64,000 bases of DNA from an uncultured Alphaproteobacteria bacterium (GCA_963825265.1 CAWGSI010000005.1:347556-411555), one strand, 5' to 3'. Positions 10,602 to 20,872 are shown, counted from the first letter of the stretch. Notes: generated by a model from the sequence alone, not told the origin. Made by a program: numbers and translations.

Positions 10602-11507
10602 TCACGCCGACTGGCGCGCGATGCGAGTAGCGGGGACTGCGACGACGCGCAACAGCTCCGCCAGATTCTGTTCGGGTGTCTTGCCGGTGGTGGCGAGCAC
10701 GGCTTCCGCCTTGGCGTAAAGCGGTTCGCGGCTCTTGAGAATGGATACCAGATCCTCCATGGCGCGGGCATTGTTGGCCATCGGCCGCATGTCGCCTTGC
10801 GCCATCACCCGCTTCATATGTTCCTCCGGCTCGGCGCGCACCCAGACCGTGAAGCACGAGGCCAGCAGCAATTCAAGCGTGCCCGGTTCGGTGACGATGC
10901 TGCCGCTGGTGGCGATGACGAAATTAGTGTGCCGGCGCAACACGTCGTCGAGCGCCTCGCGCTCGGCCCGGCGGAAAGTTTCCTGGCCGAACATGTCGAA
11001 GATTTCGCTCAAATTGGCGCCGCTACGCCGCTCGATCTCGCGGTCGAGTTCAATGAAGGGTACGTCGAGACGTTCCGCCAGCAGGCGGCCGAGCGTGGAC
11101 TTGCCGCCGCCGCGCAGGCCGATCAGCGCGATTCGCCGGCGGTCCTCGGAAGGCGAGGAGAAATGCTCGGTAACGAGCTTGCGGGCTTCTAGCAGCCTTT
11201 CCGGCGGCAGCCGCTCGAGGAATTGCGTCAACAGCACCAGATCGAGCGGCGGCTCGGCGCCCTCGTGCACAAGCTGGGTGACCGGCAAGCCGATTGCGCG
11301 CGCGATCCGCCGCAGCAGCACGATCGAGATATTGCCGCGTCCGACTTCGAGTTGCGCCAGATAGCGTTCGGAAACTTTCGCATGCTGCGCCAAGGCCTTG
11401 CGCGTGATGCCGCGCTGATGTCGCAAGGTGCGCACGCGTCCGCCGAGCCGGTGCAAGTAGGCGTCGGCGGCGTGGCTTGTGGTTGGCTTGGCGCGGATTG
11501 GTTTCAT
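10602..11507 (-). CDS. boxR: BoxR/BzdR-family regulator (XRE HTH plus shikimate-kinase-like benzoyl-CoA sensor)
   Basis: HTH VSERYLAQLEVGRGNISI, P-loop GLRGGGKSTLG, RVMAQGDMRPM; divergent from boxC. Confidence 0.9.
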   Translation of the reverse strand: MKPIRAKPTTSHAADAYLHRLGGRVRTLRHQRGITRKALAQHAKVSERYLAQLEVGRGNISIVLLRRIARAIGLPVTQLVHEGAEPPLDLVLLTQFLERLPPERLLEARKLVTEHFSSPSEDRRRIALIGLRGGGKSTLGRLLAERLDVPFIELDREIERRSGANLSEIFDMFGQETFRRAEREALDDVLRRHTNFVIATSGSIVTEPGTLELLLASCFTVWVRAEPEEHMKRVMAQGDMRPMANNARAMEDLVSILKSREPLYAKAEAVLATTGKTPEQNLAELLRVVAVPATRIARQSA

Positions 11508-11522
11508 CTCTATCGGCTAACA

Positions 11523-11536
11523 TGCATTATAATGCG
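11523..11536. promoter_or_regulatory. Putative BoxR operator 1 (TGCA-N6-TGCA type) overlapping TATAAT on both strands
   Basis: TGCATTATAATGCG, 15 bp upstream of the boxR ATG. BzdR/BoxR are known to bind TGCA-containing palindromes. Confidence 0.6.
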
Positions 11537-11604
11537 AGGCAATAGGGAGCAGTTGTCCAGCTTTATTGGCCCTATTGTATGGCGCTCGCCGAAGTGCTAA
11601 TGAT

Positions 11605-11620
11605 ATGAAAAATAATGCAT
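11605..11620. promoter_or_regulatory. Putative BoxR operator 2
   Basis: ATGAAAAATAATGCAT has the same TGCA-N6-TGCA spacing with one mismatch; about 50 bp upstream of boxC. Confidence 0.45.
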
Positions 11621-11667
11621 ACAGGGAGAAGGCCACCGGGCGCTTTTTGTCCGGGGCCAGATTGTTC

Positions 11668-13323
11668 ATGCAAATCATCGATTTCCAGACCGATCCGTCG
11701 CGCTACCGCCATTGGCGCATCGAATGCGATGGCGACGTCGCCTATTTGATCATGGATGTCGATCAGGCGGGCGGGCTGTTCGACGGCTATGAGCTCAAGC
11801 TCAACTCCTACGATCTCGGCGTCGATATCGAACTCAACGACGCGGTGCAGCGGCTGCGCTTCGAGCATCCGGAGGTGCGCGCCGTCGTCATAAAGTCCGG
11901 CAAGGACAACGTATTCTGCGCCGGCGCCAATATCCGCATGCTGGGCAAGTCGACGCATGCGCAGAAGGTGAATTTTTGCAAATTCACCAATGAGACGCGA
12001 CTCGCCATCGAGGACGCGAGCGAGAATTCCAAGCAGAACTACATTTGCGCGATCAATGGCAATGCCGCGGGCGGCGGCTACGAGCTGGCACTCGCCGCCG
12101 ACCACATCATGCTGGTGGACGACCGCCGCTCAGCGGTGGCGCTGCCGGAGACGCCGCTGCTCGCCGTGCTGCCGGGCACCGGCGGGCTCACCCGCGTCAC
12201 AGACAAGCGCAAGGTGCGGCGCGACCGCGCCGATGTGTTCTGCTCGATTGAGGAGGGCATCCGCGGCGCCAAAGCCGTCGAGTGGCGGCTGGTCGATGAA
12301 GTCGTGCCCAATTCCAAGTGGAAAGACACGGTGGCCGCGCGTGCCCACGAAATCGCCGCGCGCTCCGACCGGCCTAAAGACGTCAAAGGCATCGCGCTGA
12401 CCCCGCTCGCGCGCAAGATCGAGGCCGACCGGGTGAGCTATTCGCATGTCGAGGTCGAGATCGACCGCGCGCGCGGGCTTGCCACCATCACTGTGCGCGG
12501 TCCCACGCAAGCGGTGCCGGCGACGGTCGAGGTCGCGCACGCGCTCGGCGACAAATTCTGGCCGCTCGCCGTCGCTCGCGATCTGGAAGACGCCGTGCTG
12601 CATCTGCGCGCCAACGAGCAATCGATCGGCGTCCTGCTGCTGCGCACCGAAGGCAACGCGCTGGCAGTGCTGGATTACGACGCATTTCTCAGCCAATACG
12701 ATAGTGACTGGTTGATGCGCGAAATCAGGCACTACCTCAAACGCACGCTCAAGCGCATCGATGTAACGCCGAGAAGCTTCATTGCGTTGATTGAACCCGG
12801 TTCCTGCTTTGCCGGCACTCTGGCCGAACTCGCTTTTGCCGCCGACCGGTCTTTCATGCTGGTCGGTGCGCGCGAAGGCGACAACCGTGAGCCTGCCGCA
12901 ATCGTCCTCGGCCATGTCAATTTTGGTCTCTATCCGATGGGCAATGGTTTGACGCGGTTGCAGACGCGTTTTCTCGGCGAGCCGGACACGCTGAAAACCG
13001 CGCAGAGCAAAATCGGCATTGCGTTGGAAGCCGAGGCGGCCGACGAACTTGGCCTTATCACCGCGGCTTACGAGAGTTTCGATTGGGACGACGAATTGCG
13101 AGTCATGCTGGAGGAGCGCGCGAGCTTCTCGCCCGACGCCATGACCGGCATGGAAGCCAATCTGCGTTTCGCCGGCCCGGAGACCATGGAGACCAAGATT
13201 TTCGGACGGCTGACCGCCTGGCAGAACTGGATATTCCAGCGGCCGAACGCGATCGGCGAGCAGGGCGCGCTGAAACTCTACGGCAGCGGCGTGTCGCCGA
13301 CCTTCAATAAGGAAAGGGTGTAA
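11668..13323 (+). CDS. boxC: 2,3-epoxybenzoyl-CoA dihydrolase BoxC
   Basis: IDFQTDPSRYRHW, LKLNSYDLGVDIELNDAVQRLRFEHPEV, FGRLTAWQNWIFQRPNA; two crotonase domains. Confidence 0.96.
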   Translation: MQIIDFQTDPSRYRHWRIECDGDVAYLIMDVDQAGGLFDGYELKLNSYDLGVDIELNDAVQRLRFEHPEVRAVVIKSGKDNVFCAGANIRMLGKSTHAQKVNFCKFTNETRLAIEDASENSKQNYICAINGNAAGGGYELALAADHIMLVDDRRSAVALPETPLLAVLPGTGGLTRVTDKRKVRRDRADVFCSIEEGIRGAKAVEWRLVDEVVPNSKWKDTVAARAHEIAARSDRPKDVKGIALTPLARKIEADRVSYSHVEVEIDRARGLATITVRGPTQAVPATVEVAHALGDKFWPLAVARDLEDAVLHLRANEQSIGVLLLRTEGNALAVLDYDAFLSQYDSDWLMREIRHYLKRTLKRIDVTPRSFIALIEPGSCFAGTLAELAFAADRSFMLVGAREGDNREPAAIVLGHVNFGLYPMGNGLTRLQTRFLGEPDTLKTAQSKIGIALEAEAADELGLITAAYESFDWDDELRVMLEERASFSPDAMTGMEANLRFAGPETMETKIFGRLTAWQNWIFQRPNAIGEQGALKLYGSGVSPTFNKERV

Positions 13324-13326
13324 CCC

Positions 13327-14781
13327 ATGAACATCAATATCGCCGCCGTCGACTACGACGGCTTGATTCCCAACAATGTCGGGCTCGGAGATGACCCGCG
13401 CGTCAAGCGCGCGCTGGAGAAGTGGCACCCCGGCTACATCAACTGGTGGAACGACATGGGGCCGGAAGGCTTCCAGGAATCGCTGGTCTATCTGCGCACG
13501 GCGATCAGCGTCGATCCCAAGGGCTGGGCCAAGTTCGATTACGTGCGTATGCCGGAATACCGCTGGGGCGTGCTGCTGGCGCCGCAGCACGAGGGCCGCA
13601 AGATTCCGTTCGGCATGCACAAAGGCGAGGACGCCTGGCAGGAAGTACCGGGCGAATACCGAGCCATGCTGCGGCGCCTCATCGTGATCCAGGGCGATAC
13701 CGAGCCGGCCTCGGTCGAACAGCAGCGCCATCTCGGCAAGACCGCGCCTTCGCTCTATGACCTGCGCAACCTGTTCCAGGTCAATGTCGAAGAGGGCCGC
13801 CATCTCTGGGCCATGGTCTATCTGCTGCAGAAATATTTTGGCACCGATGGCCGCGAGGAGGCGGAAGCTCTGCTGCAGCGACGTTCCGGCCATGCCGACA
13901 CGCCGCGTATGCTGGGCGCCTTCAACGAGAAAACGCCGGACTGGCTGTCGTTCTTCATGTTCACTTATTTCACCGACCGCGACGGCAAGATGCAGCTCGA
14001 GGCACTGGCGCAATCTGGCTTCGATCCGTTGTCGCGCACCTGCCGCTTCATGCTGACCGAGGAAGCCCATCACATGTTCGTGGGCGAGACCGGCGTCACC
14101 CGCATCGTGCAGCGCACGTGCGAGGCGATGAAGGCGGCGGGCATCAGCGATCCCAACGACATCGCGGCAGTGCGCAAGTTGGGGGTGATCGACCTGCCGA
14201 CTATCCAGAAAAAAGCCAACATGCATTTCTCGCTGACGCTCGATCTGTTCGGCAACGAGATTTCGACCAACGCCGCCAACGCCTACCATTCCGGCCTGAA
14301 AGGCCGCTACCGCGAGGACCGGCTCAAGGACGATCATCAGCTCCAGGGCGACACCTATCCGGTCCTGCGGCTGATCGACGGCAAGATCCAGAATGAGGAT
14401 TCCCCGGCGCTCTCCGCGCTCAACATGCGGCTGCGCGACGACTACGTGAACGACGCCAATGTCGGCGTCGGCCGCTGGAACAAGGTGATTTCCGAGATCG
14501 GGATTCCATTCGAGATCAAGCTGCCGCATGTCGCATTCCACCGCCACATCGGCGAGTTCGCCTCGATCAAGGCGGACGTCGCCGGCAATGTGCTGAGCGA
14601 GGCGGAATGGGAAAAGCGCCGCAATGAATTTCTGCCCTCGGACAGCGACCGCGAATTCATCGAAAGCTTGATGCAGCCGCAGTTCGAGCCGGCCAAGTTC
14701 GCCGGCTGGATCGCGCCGCCCAAGGTGGGCATCGACAACAAGCCGGGCGATTTCGAATATGTGAAGATCGCTGACGCTTAA
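13327..14781 (+). CDS. boxB: Benzoyl-CoA 2,3-epoxidase, diiron subunit BoxB
   Basis: QGDTEPASVEQQ, VNVEEGRHLWAM, DRDGKMQL, LTEEAHHM diiron ExxH motifs. Confidence 0.96.
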   Translation: MNINIAAVDYDGLIPNNVGLGDDPRVKRALEKWHPGYINWWNDMGPEGFQESLVYLRTAISVDPKGWAKFDYVRMPEYRWGVLLAPQHEGRKIPFGMHKGEDAWQEVPGEYRAMLRRLIVIQGDTEPASVEQQRHLGKTAPSLYDLRNLFQVNVEEGRHLWAMVYLLQKYFGTDGREEAEALLQRRSGHADTPRMLGAFNEKTPDWLSFFMFTYFTDRDGKMQLEALAQSGFDPLSRTCRFMLTEEAHHMFVGETGVTRIVQRTCEAMKAAGISDPNDIAAVRKLGVIDLPTIQKKANMHFSLTLDLFGNEISTNAANAYHSGLKGRYREDRLKDDHQLQGDTYPVLRLIDGKIQNEDSPALSALNMRLRDDYVNDANVGVGRWNKVISEIGIPFEIKLPHVAFHRHIGEFASIKADVAGNVLSEAEWEKRRNEFLPSDSDREFIESLMQPQFEPAKFAGWIAPPKVGIDNKPGDFEYVKIADA

Positions 14782-16370
14782 TCGACGCGCGGCGGTCGCA
14801 AATCGTCGTCGCGCAGCTTGAAGCGTTGGATTTTTCCGGTCGCGGTGTGCGGCAGGTCGCTGCGTAGTTCGATCCAGCGCGGATATTTCCAGGCCCCGGC
14901 GTGCTGCTTAACGTGCAGTTTCAACTTTTCCAGCAGGCTGTCGTCGGCGATGTAACCGTTCTTGAGCACGATGAAGGCTTTCGGCTTGATCAGCCCGTCG
15001 GTGTCCTCTTTGCCGATGACGGCGGCCTCCAGCACCGCCTCGTGCGAGATTAGCGCCGCTTCCACGTCGAACGGCGACACCCACTGCCCACTGACCTTGA
15101 ACATGTCATCGGTGCGGCCGCAGTAATAGTAATAGCCATCGGCGTCGCGCCGGTATTTGTCGCCGGTATAGGTCCAATCGCCTTGGAAGGTGCGGCGACT
15201 CTTGGCGCGCTGGTTCCAGTAACCTTCGCCGGCCGAAGGTCCGCGCACGACCAATTCGCCGATCTCATCCGCGCCCAGCTCGTGTCCAAACTCATCCACC
15301 AGCTTGACCTCATAACCCGGAACCGGCTTGCCGGTGGAACCGTAGCGGATGTCACCCGGCCGATTGCTGACGAATGTCTGCAGCATCTCGGTCGAGCCGA
15401 TGCCGTCGAGCACATCGACGCCGACCACCTCGCGCCAGCGTTCGCCGACATGCGACGGCAAGGCCTCGCCTGCCGAGATGCAAAGCCGCAGCCGGTCCGA
15501 GCCCGGTCCGATTTCCCTGTGCGCGAGCAGCGCCGCATAGAGCGAAGGCACACCGTAGAAAATGGTCGGGCGATGCTTACGCATGATGTCGAAGATCGCT
15601 TCCGGCGTCGGACGCTGCGGCCACAATATGGTGGTGGCGCCGACCGAAAGCGGAAACGACATGGCGTTACCCATGCCGTAGGCAAAGAACAGCTTGGCCG
15701 CCGAGAACATCACGTCGTCGGCACGAACTCCGATGACGCCCTGACCCATCAGCTTGGCCGTCGCCATCGGGCTGCTGTGCACGTGCTTGACGCCTTTGGG
15801 ATCGCCGGTCGAGCCTGAAGTGTAGAGCCAAAAGGCGACCTCGTCGGAGACCGTCGGTGCGGCGAATACGTCGGCCTTCTCGGCCACGAGCAGCTGCTCG
15901 AACAGATGCACAGCCTGTCGCGGGAACGCCGCCTTATCGACGGTCGTGCCGCCGACAAGAACGACGTCCTGCAGATACGGCGCAGCGTCGATAATCGGCG
16001 CCAACGTCCTGGCTAGCTCGGCGGCGGCGACGATCAGCGAGACGCGGCTGTCGCCGAGCATGTAGGCGTACTGTTCCGGCTTGAGCCAGGTATTGAGCGG
16101 AATGACGACGATGCCGGCGCGGATCGCGCCCCAGAACGCCACTGGATAATCGACGGTGTCGGGCAGCAGCAGCGCGATACGGCCTTCCTGCCGCAGTCCC
16201 AGCCGCTGAAGCGCGCGCGCGAATTGACAACTGAGCGACTGCAAATCGCCATAGCCGATTGATCTGTCGGGGTCGATGTAGGCGAGCTTACTGGCGAGGC
16301 CGCGCGCCACATTGGCGTCGATAAAATCACTGGCCGCGTTGTAAGGCCTGCGCGCACTGAAATCGTCCAC
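14778..16370 (-). CDS. Aromatic acid-CoA ligase of the benzoate-CoA ligase family (possibly 4-hydroxybenzoate-CoA ligase)
   Basis: YTSGSTGDPKG, AAKLFFAYGMGN, DGIGSTEM, TGDKY, GRTDDMFKVSG; GTG start 11 bp after the hcrB stop. Confidence 0.9.
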   Translation of the reverse strand: MDDFSARRPYNAASDFIDANVARGLASKLAYIDPDRSIGYGDLQSLSCQFARALQRLGLRQEGRIALLLPDTVDYPVAFWGAIRAGIVVIPLNTWLKPEQYAYMLGDSRVSLIVAAAELARTLAPIIDAAPYLQDVVLVGGTTVDKAAFPRQAVHLFEQLLVAEKADVFAAPTVSDEVAFWLYTSGSTGDPKGVKHVHSSPMATAKLMGQGVIGVRADDVMFSAAKLFFAYGMGNAMSFPLSVGATTILWPQRPTPEAIFDIMRKHRPTIFYGVPSLYAALLAHREIGPGSDRLRLCISAGEALPSHVGERWREVVGVDVLDGIGSTEMLQTFVSNRPGDIRYGSTGKPVPGYEVKLVDEFGHELGADEIGELVVRGPSAGEGYWNQRAKSRRTFQGDWTYTGDKYRRDADGYYYYCGRTDDMFKVSGQWVSPFDVEAALISHEAVLEAAVIGKEDTDGLIKPKAFIVLKNGYIADDSLLEKLKLHVKQHAGAWKYPRWIELRSDLPHTATGKIQRFKLRDDDLRPPRVD

Positions 16371-16381
16371 GCCGGCCCCCG

Positions 16382-17398
16382 TCAGCTCTCGAACAGGCGT
16401 GTCAGCAATCGCCGCGCCAGCACACCGGCCACGCGCCGGCGATAATGGCCGGGCGTGAAAGTGGTCTTCATCGGCATGATCTGGTCGCGCACCAGCGCGT
16501 CGAGGCCCTTGAACACGCGCGCATCGAGCTTGCCGCCGGTGAGTTCCGCGGTGCCCTCAAGCAGCACCGGGCGCGGATTGGTGCCCGTGAAGGCCACGCG
16601 CAGATCGGCGAGCGTGTCGCCTTCGCGCTTGAGCGCCACCGCGACGCCGGCGACCGGATATTCGATCGACTTGCGGATGCGGATCTTGTCGTAGGCCGAG
16701 CGCAGGCCCGGCGTATTTTTCGCACGCACGGCGGTGACGATTTCGCCTGGCCGCAGCGACAGAAAATATTTGCCGTCGCCTTGCGTGTCGGTGACTGGCA
16801 CGTCCTGGCGGGCAAAACCGATGTAAAGCTTGTTGAGCGGGATGGTGCGCTTGCCCGCAGGGCCTGCGATATCCACGTCGGCGCCAAGCGTGAGCAATGC
16901 GGGCGCGAGATCGCCGGAAAATGTCGCGAAGCACACGCCGCGGCTTTTCGGCGCCACATGGCAGACGGTGCCGGTGGTTTTCAGACAATGGTTATTGGCG
17001 TCGCGCCACCATTCGCTCTGATTGTAGAAGATGCAGCGGGTGTCGAGGCAGAGATTGCCGCCGACCGTGCCCATGTTGCGCTGGGTCGGGCCGGCGATGT
17101 GGGCGGCGGCCTGCGCCAGCACCGGGTAATACTTGACGATAGCCGGATGCTCGGCCAGTTCGCTCAAGCGCACCGAGGCGCCGATCTCGACGGATGTGTC
17201 GTCGGCTTTGATCGCGTGCAATTCCCGCACGCGGTTCATGTCGATTAACACTTTCGGCGCCACGATGCCGCGGCGGATGTTGACGACCAGATCGGTGCCG
17301 CCGCCGAATGGAGCGCTCCCCGGATGCGCGGCGCGCGCGGCCAGCGCCTCATCGAGCGTTGTCGGATTGAGTACGCGGAAGTCGGGCAGGGCGTCCAT
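16382..17398 (-). CDS. hcrB: 4-hydroxybenzoyl-CoA reductase beta subunit (FAD, extra [4Fe-4S])
   Basis: XDH FAD subunit (GGGTDL) with the insertion C-x15-C-x7-C-x9-C (RCIFYNQSEWWRDANNHCLKTTGTVCHVAPKSRGVC) typical of HcrB/HbaD. Confidence 0.88.
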   Translation of the reverse strand: MDALPDFRVLNPTTLDEALAARAAHPGSAPFGGGTDLVVNIRRGIVAPKVLIDMNRVRELHAIKADDTSVEIGASVRLSELAEHPAIVKYYPVLAQAAAHIAGPTQRNMGTVGGNLCLDTRCIFYNQSEWWRDANNHCLKTTGTVCHVAPKSRGVCFATFSGDLAPALLTLGADVDIAGPAGKRTIPLNKLYIGFARQDVPVTDTQGDGKYFLSLRPGEIVTAVRAKNTPGLRSAYDKIRIRKSIEYPVAGVAVALKREGDTLADLRVAFTGTNPRPVLLEGTAELTGGKLDARVFKGLDALVRDQIMPMKTTFTPGHYRRRVAGVLARRLLTRLFES

Positions 17399-17419
17399 CA
17401 GACCGCTCCGCCCCAAACC

Positions 17420-17487
17420 CGTTCATTCCCGCGGAAGCGGGAATCCAGTTCTTTGGCCCTGGGTCCCCGCTTTCGCGGGGGCGAACG
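17420..17487. repeat. REP-like palindromic element (alphaproteobacterial GTCATTCCCGCG.AAGCGGGAATCCAG type)
   Basis: cgttcattcccgcggaagcgggaatccag ... ctgggtccccgctttcgcgggggcgaacg are imperfect inverted arms, each with an internal hairpin; located between hcrA and hcrB. Confidence 0.75.
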
Positions 17488-17491
17488 GAGG

Positions 17492-19807
17492 TTATGCATT
17501 CTTCTTTTCCAAAGCGCGCCGGTGTTTCTCCAACGCCACGAACACCCGGTCGGGCGTCACCGGCAGATCGTTGAAGCGGATGCCGATGGCGTCGGCGATG
17601 GCGTTGGTCAACGCCGGCAGGAAGGCGGCGAGCGAGCCTTCGCCCGCTTCCTTGGCGCCGAACGGCCCGTGCGGATCGTTACTCTCGACGATGCCGACCT
17701 CGATCGGCGGGGAATCCTGGATGGTCGGCACGCGGTAATCGAGCATGTTGGCGGTGACCATGAGGCCGTCGTGATAGGCCGCTTCCTCACTCATGGCCTG
17801 GCCCATGCCCATCCACACCGAACCCTGCACCTGGCCCTCGACCGTCAGCCGGTTGAGCGCCTTGCCGCAGTCATGCGCGACCCAGACCTTGTCGACGGTG
17901 ACGACGCCGGTTTCTTCGTCGACCGACACTTCGACCACTTGCGCCGAGTAGGAATAACCCATGGTGCCGCCGATGGCGGCGCCGCGATATTTCTTGCCGC
18001 CGTGCGACTCCGGAATGGTCGAGTAGTTGCCAGTGACAGTGATGGTCCCTGAGTCCTTTAGCGCCTCGGTGACGACCTCGTCGAAGGTCGCGCCCTTGTC
18101 CTGCGCGCCGGCGCGATAAACTTCGCCCAGACATTCGATGTCCTCGGGCCGCGCCTCCAGCTTGCGCGCGGCGGCATTCGTGAGCACGCTTTTGAGATTG
18201 CGCGCGGCGTCGAGCGCGGCATTGCCGACCATGAAAGTGACGCGCGAGGAATAGGAGCCGTTGTCCTTCGGCACCACCTCGCTGTCGCCGGTGACGACGC
18301 GCACGCGCGAAAGATCGAGGCCGAGCACCTCGGCGACCGTCTGCGCCAGGATGGTGGTGGAGCCCTGGCCGATATCGGCGGCGCCAGAGAGCACCACGAT
18401 CGAGCCGTCGAAGTCGAGCTTGATCTTGACGGTGGCATGCGGCTCGCCGGTCCAGTTCACCGGCTTTGACGCGCCGGATATGTAGTGCGAGCAGGCCATA
18501 CCCAAGCCTTTGCCTTTAGCCAGCTTGCCCTTCCGCTGTTTCCAGCCGCTTTGTTTCTCGACCCAATCCATGCATTCAGGCAGGCCGTAGGAATTCACCA
18601 TCAAATCGTTGTCGGTGAAGGTCGGCGCGCTCAGTAGATTGGCGCGGCGCACGGCGAAGGGATCGAGCCCGAGCTCGGCCGCCATTTCATCGACCAAGCT
18701 TTCGAAGGCGAAGCGGATGTCGACCGTGCCGTGACCGCGGAAGGCGCCGCAGGGCGGCGTGTTGGTGAGCACGCGGCGGCCGACGTATTTGACGTTGTGC
18801 AGGTCGTAAATCGCATACAGCATCGAGCCAGCGTAGAGGATCGTTACCACGCCGTAGCCGGAATGCGCGCCGCCGCGCTGGTCGCAGTCGCATTCGACCG
18901 CGGTGATGCGGCCGTCCTTGCGCATGCCGATCTTGAGCTTGATATCGGTCTCGGGCCGCCCGCGATGGGTAATGAAGGTTTCCTCGCGCGTGGTCACAAG
19001 GCGCACCGTGCCGTTGCATTTGCGCGCCAATAGGGCGGCGATCAATTCAATGGCCAGTGTCTCGGTGCGGCAGCCGAAACCGCCGCCGACATGCGGCTTG
19101 ATCACGCGAATGCGCGACATTTCCATGCCGAGGATTTGCGACAGCATCAAATGCACGTAGTAGGGCACCTGGGTTGAGGCATGCACGGTCATGCGCTCGC
19201 GCACGGCGTCGTATTCGGCGACCGCGGCGTGCATTTCCATCTGGTTCTGGCAGACCTCGGCGCAGTTATAGCTGCCTTCGCGCACCAAATCGGCCTGCGT
19301 GAAGCCTTGCTCGATGCTGCCTAATTCGAACAGCACGTCGCGCTCGATATTGCCGGGCTTCTTCTCGTGCAGTTGCACGGCACCCGGCGCCAGCGCCGCC
19401 TTCGATGTGTAATAGCCGGGCAGTTCGCGCACCGTGAACTTGATGCGGCGCAGCGCCTCGCGCGCGCTGGCGTCATCGACCGCCGCCACGGCGGCCACCG
19501 GCTCGCCGCGATAACGCACTTTATCGCGCGCCAGCGGATATTCCGTGCGCGCGATCGGCAATACCCCGAAGCCTTTGTCGCAATCGGCGCCGGTGACGAT
19601 AGCGCGCACGCCGGGAACCTTCAGCGCGTCGGACACGTCGACTTCGACGATGTCGCCATGCGAATAAGGACTGCGGTAGATGCGGCCGGCGAGTTGGCCC
19701 GGCGCGACGATGTCGGCGGTGTATTTGGCGCGGCCGGAAACCTTCTCCGGCCCGTCGATCATCGGCACATAGCCGCCGATATTGTGCGTGGGGACGATCT
19801 TGTTCAC
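17492..19807 (-). CDS. hcrA: 4-hydroxybenzoyl-CoA reductase alpha subunit (molybdopterin-binding)
   Basis: [50 protein letters not shown]; GTGA overlap with hcrC. Confidence 0.88.
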   Translation of the reverse strand: MNKIVPTHNIGGYVPMIDGPEKVSGRAKYTADIVAPGQLAGRIYRSPYSHGDIVEVDVSDALKVPGVRAIVTGADCDKGFGVLPIARTEYPLARDKVRYRGEPVAAVAAVDDASAREALRRIKFTVRELPGYYTSKAALAPGAVQLHEKKPGNIERDVLFELGSIEQGFTQADLVREGSYNCAEVCQNQMEMHAAVAEYDAVRERMTVHASTQVPYYVHLMLSQILGMEMSRIRVIKPHVGGGFGCRTETLAIELIAALLARKCNGTVRLVTTREETFITHRGRPETDIKLKIGMRKDGRITAVECDCDQRGGAHSGYGVVTILYAGSMLYAIYDLHNVKYVGRRVLTNTPPCGAFRGHGTVDIRFAFESLVDEMAAELGLDPFAVRRANLLSAPTFTDNDLMVNSYGLPECMDWVEKQSGWKQRKGKLAKGKGLGMACSHYISGASKPVNWTGEPHATVKIKLDFDGSIVVLSGAADIGQGSTTILAQTVAEVLGLDLSRVRVVTGDSEVVPKDNGSYSSRVTFMVGNAALDAARNLKSVLTNAAARKLEARPEDIECLGEVYRAGAQDKGATFDEVVTEALKDSGTITVTGNYSTIPESHGGKKYRGAAIGGTMGYSYSAQVVEVSVDEETGVVTVDKVWVAHDCGKALNRLTVEGQVQGSVWMGMGQAMSEEAAYHDGLMVTANMLDYRVPTIQDSPPIEVGIVESNDPHGPFGAKEAGEGSLAAFLPALTNAIADAIGIRFNDLPVTPDRVFVALEKHRRALEKKNA

Positions 19808-20286
19808 GGCGCCACGCCTTGCGCGCCGAGCGCGGCAGCAAATTTCACCGCCTCGATGATTTTCACGTAGCCGGTGCAGCGGCAGATATTGCTGCCGAGC
19901 GCCGCGAGGATTTCTTCGTCGCTCGGGTTTGGATTTTTGCGCAGCAAGCCGGCCGAGGCCATAATGAAGCCGGGCGTGCAATAGCCGCATTGCGAGCCGA
20001 GCTTTTCGTGGAAGCCGCGCTGTACCGCGGACAATTGTCCGTCGTGGCCGAGCAACTCGATGGTGTCAACGCGCTTGCCGGCGACCGTCGCGGCCAATGT
20101 GAGGCAGGCGAGCGTGGGTTTATCGTCGATCAGCACGGTGCAGGCGCCGCATTCGCCGCCGTCGCAGCCGGTCTTGGTGCCGGTGAGGCCGATTTTTTCG
20201 CGCAGGAAATCGAGCAGCAGGATGTTGTCGGCGACCGCGTCGGCGCGGTCACGCCCGTTGAGCGTGAACTCAAGAAGCCGGATCAA
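19804..20286 (-). CDS. hcrC: 4-hydroxybenzoyl-CoA reductase gamma subunit (2x[2Fe-2S])
   Basis: [11 protein letters not shown] and QCGYCTPG...NICRCTGY; TTG start. Confidence 0.88.
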   Translation of the reverse strand: MIRLLEFTLNGRDRADAVADNILLLDFLREKIGLTGTKTGCDGGECGACTVLIDDKPTLACLTLAATVAGKRVDTIELLGHDGQLSAVQRGFHEKLGSQCGYCTPGFIMASAGLLRKNPNPSDEEILAALGSNICRCTGYVKIIEAVKFAAALGAQGVAP

Positions 20287-20423
20287 ATGTTTCTTCCCTG
20301 AACGGCGCGTGTTCGGCGATTCGCGCTTCGTCTGATTATGCTGTTACGACACACCAGCGCGCCAACCCCCTCCAGACCCATAATCGGGATTGGCTGGGAC
20401 GATTGGCCCCGCTCGGTCGGCAA

Positions 20424-20846
20424 TTAACCAAATCGGGCCATGACATCGCCCGGGATGGCGACGGCGTGGATCTTGTCGGGATGGCTCTTGTCGCGCGCCG
20501 CCCAAACCCGGCTTTCCGCCCCGTCCACCGCCAGCTCGCCGCCGATCGAAAGCCGGTGTTCGACGTCGAAGCTGGAGCGGCGAAACGCGGTCACCCGCGA
20601 GGCGATCTCCACCACGTCGCCGAATTTCACCGGAATCAGGAAATTGGCGCGCGCATCGACCAGCGGAATGCCGATAATGCCGAAGGTCTCCGCCAGTTCA
20701 TGCGCGGTCACGCCGAGCACGGCTTCAAACAGCATCCAGGTGCTGACGTCGAACATCTCGAAAAACCGGGCATTGAATACGATGCCGGCCGGGTCGCACT
20801 GGCCCCATTCGACGGTCAACTGTCTGCGGAAGGTGAATGACGCCAC
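20424..20846 (-). CDS. Hotdog-fold acyl-CoA thioesterase (4-hydroxybenzoyl-CoA thioesterase-like)
   Basis: WGQCDPAGIVFNARF motif, PLVDARANFLIPVKFGD. Start is GTG 20846 or TTG 20858. Confidence 0.82.
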   Translation of the reverse strand: MASFTFRRQLTVEWGQCDPAGIVFNARFFEMFDVSTWMLFEAVLGVTAHELAETFGIIGIPLVDARANFLIPVKFGDVVEIASRVTAFRRSSFDVEHRLSIGGELAVDGAESRVWAARDKSHPDKIHAVAIPGDVMARFG

Positions 20847-20872
20847 GCGCTGCCCCAAAGCCCGATATTACA

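Noticed and set aside
12130-14547. 805-aa antisense ORF over boxCB, and similar long shadows (9576-11192, 23840-25138, 26467-28320, 28263-30122, 62268-63884)
   Set aside because: They lie opposite well-recognised genes; high-GC codon bias removes antisense stops, and the translations show no family motifs.
16382-20286. Generic xanthine dehydrogenase, CO dehydrogenase or PaoABC
   Set aside because: The beta-subunit [4Fe-4S] insertion sequence, the alpha-subunit motifs and the aromatic-CoA context point to Hcr/Hba; no CoxL AYxCSFR loop.
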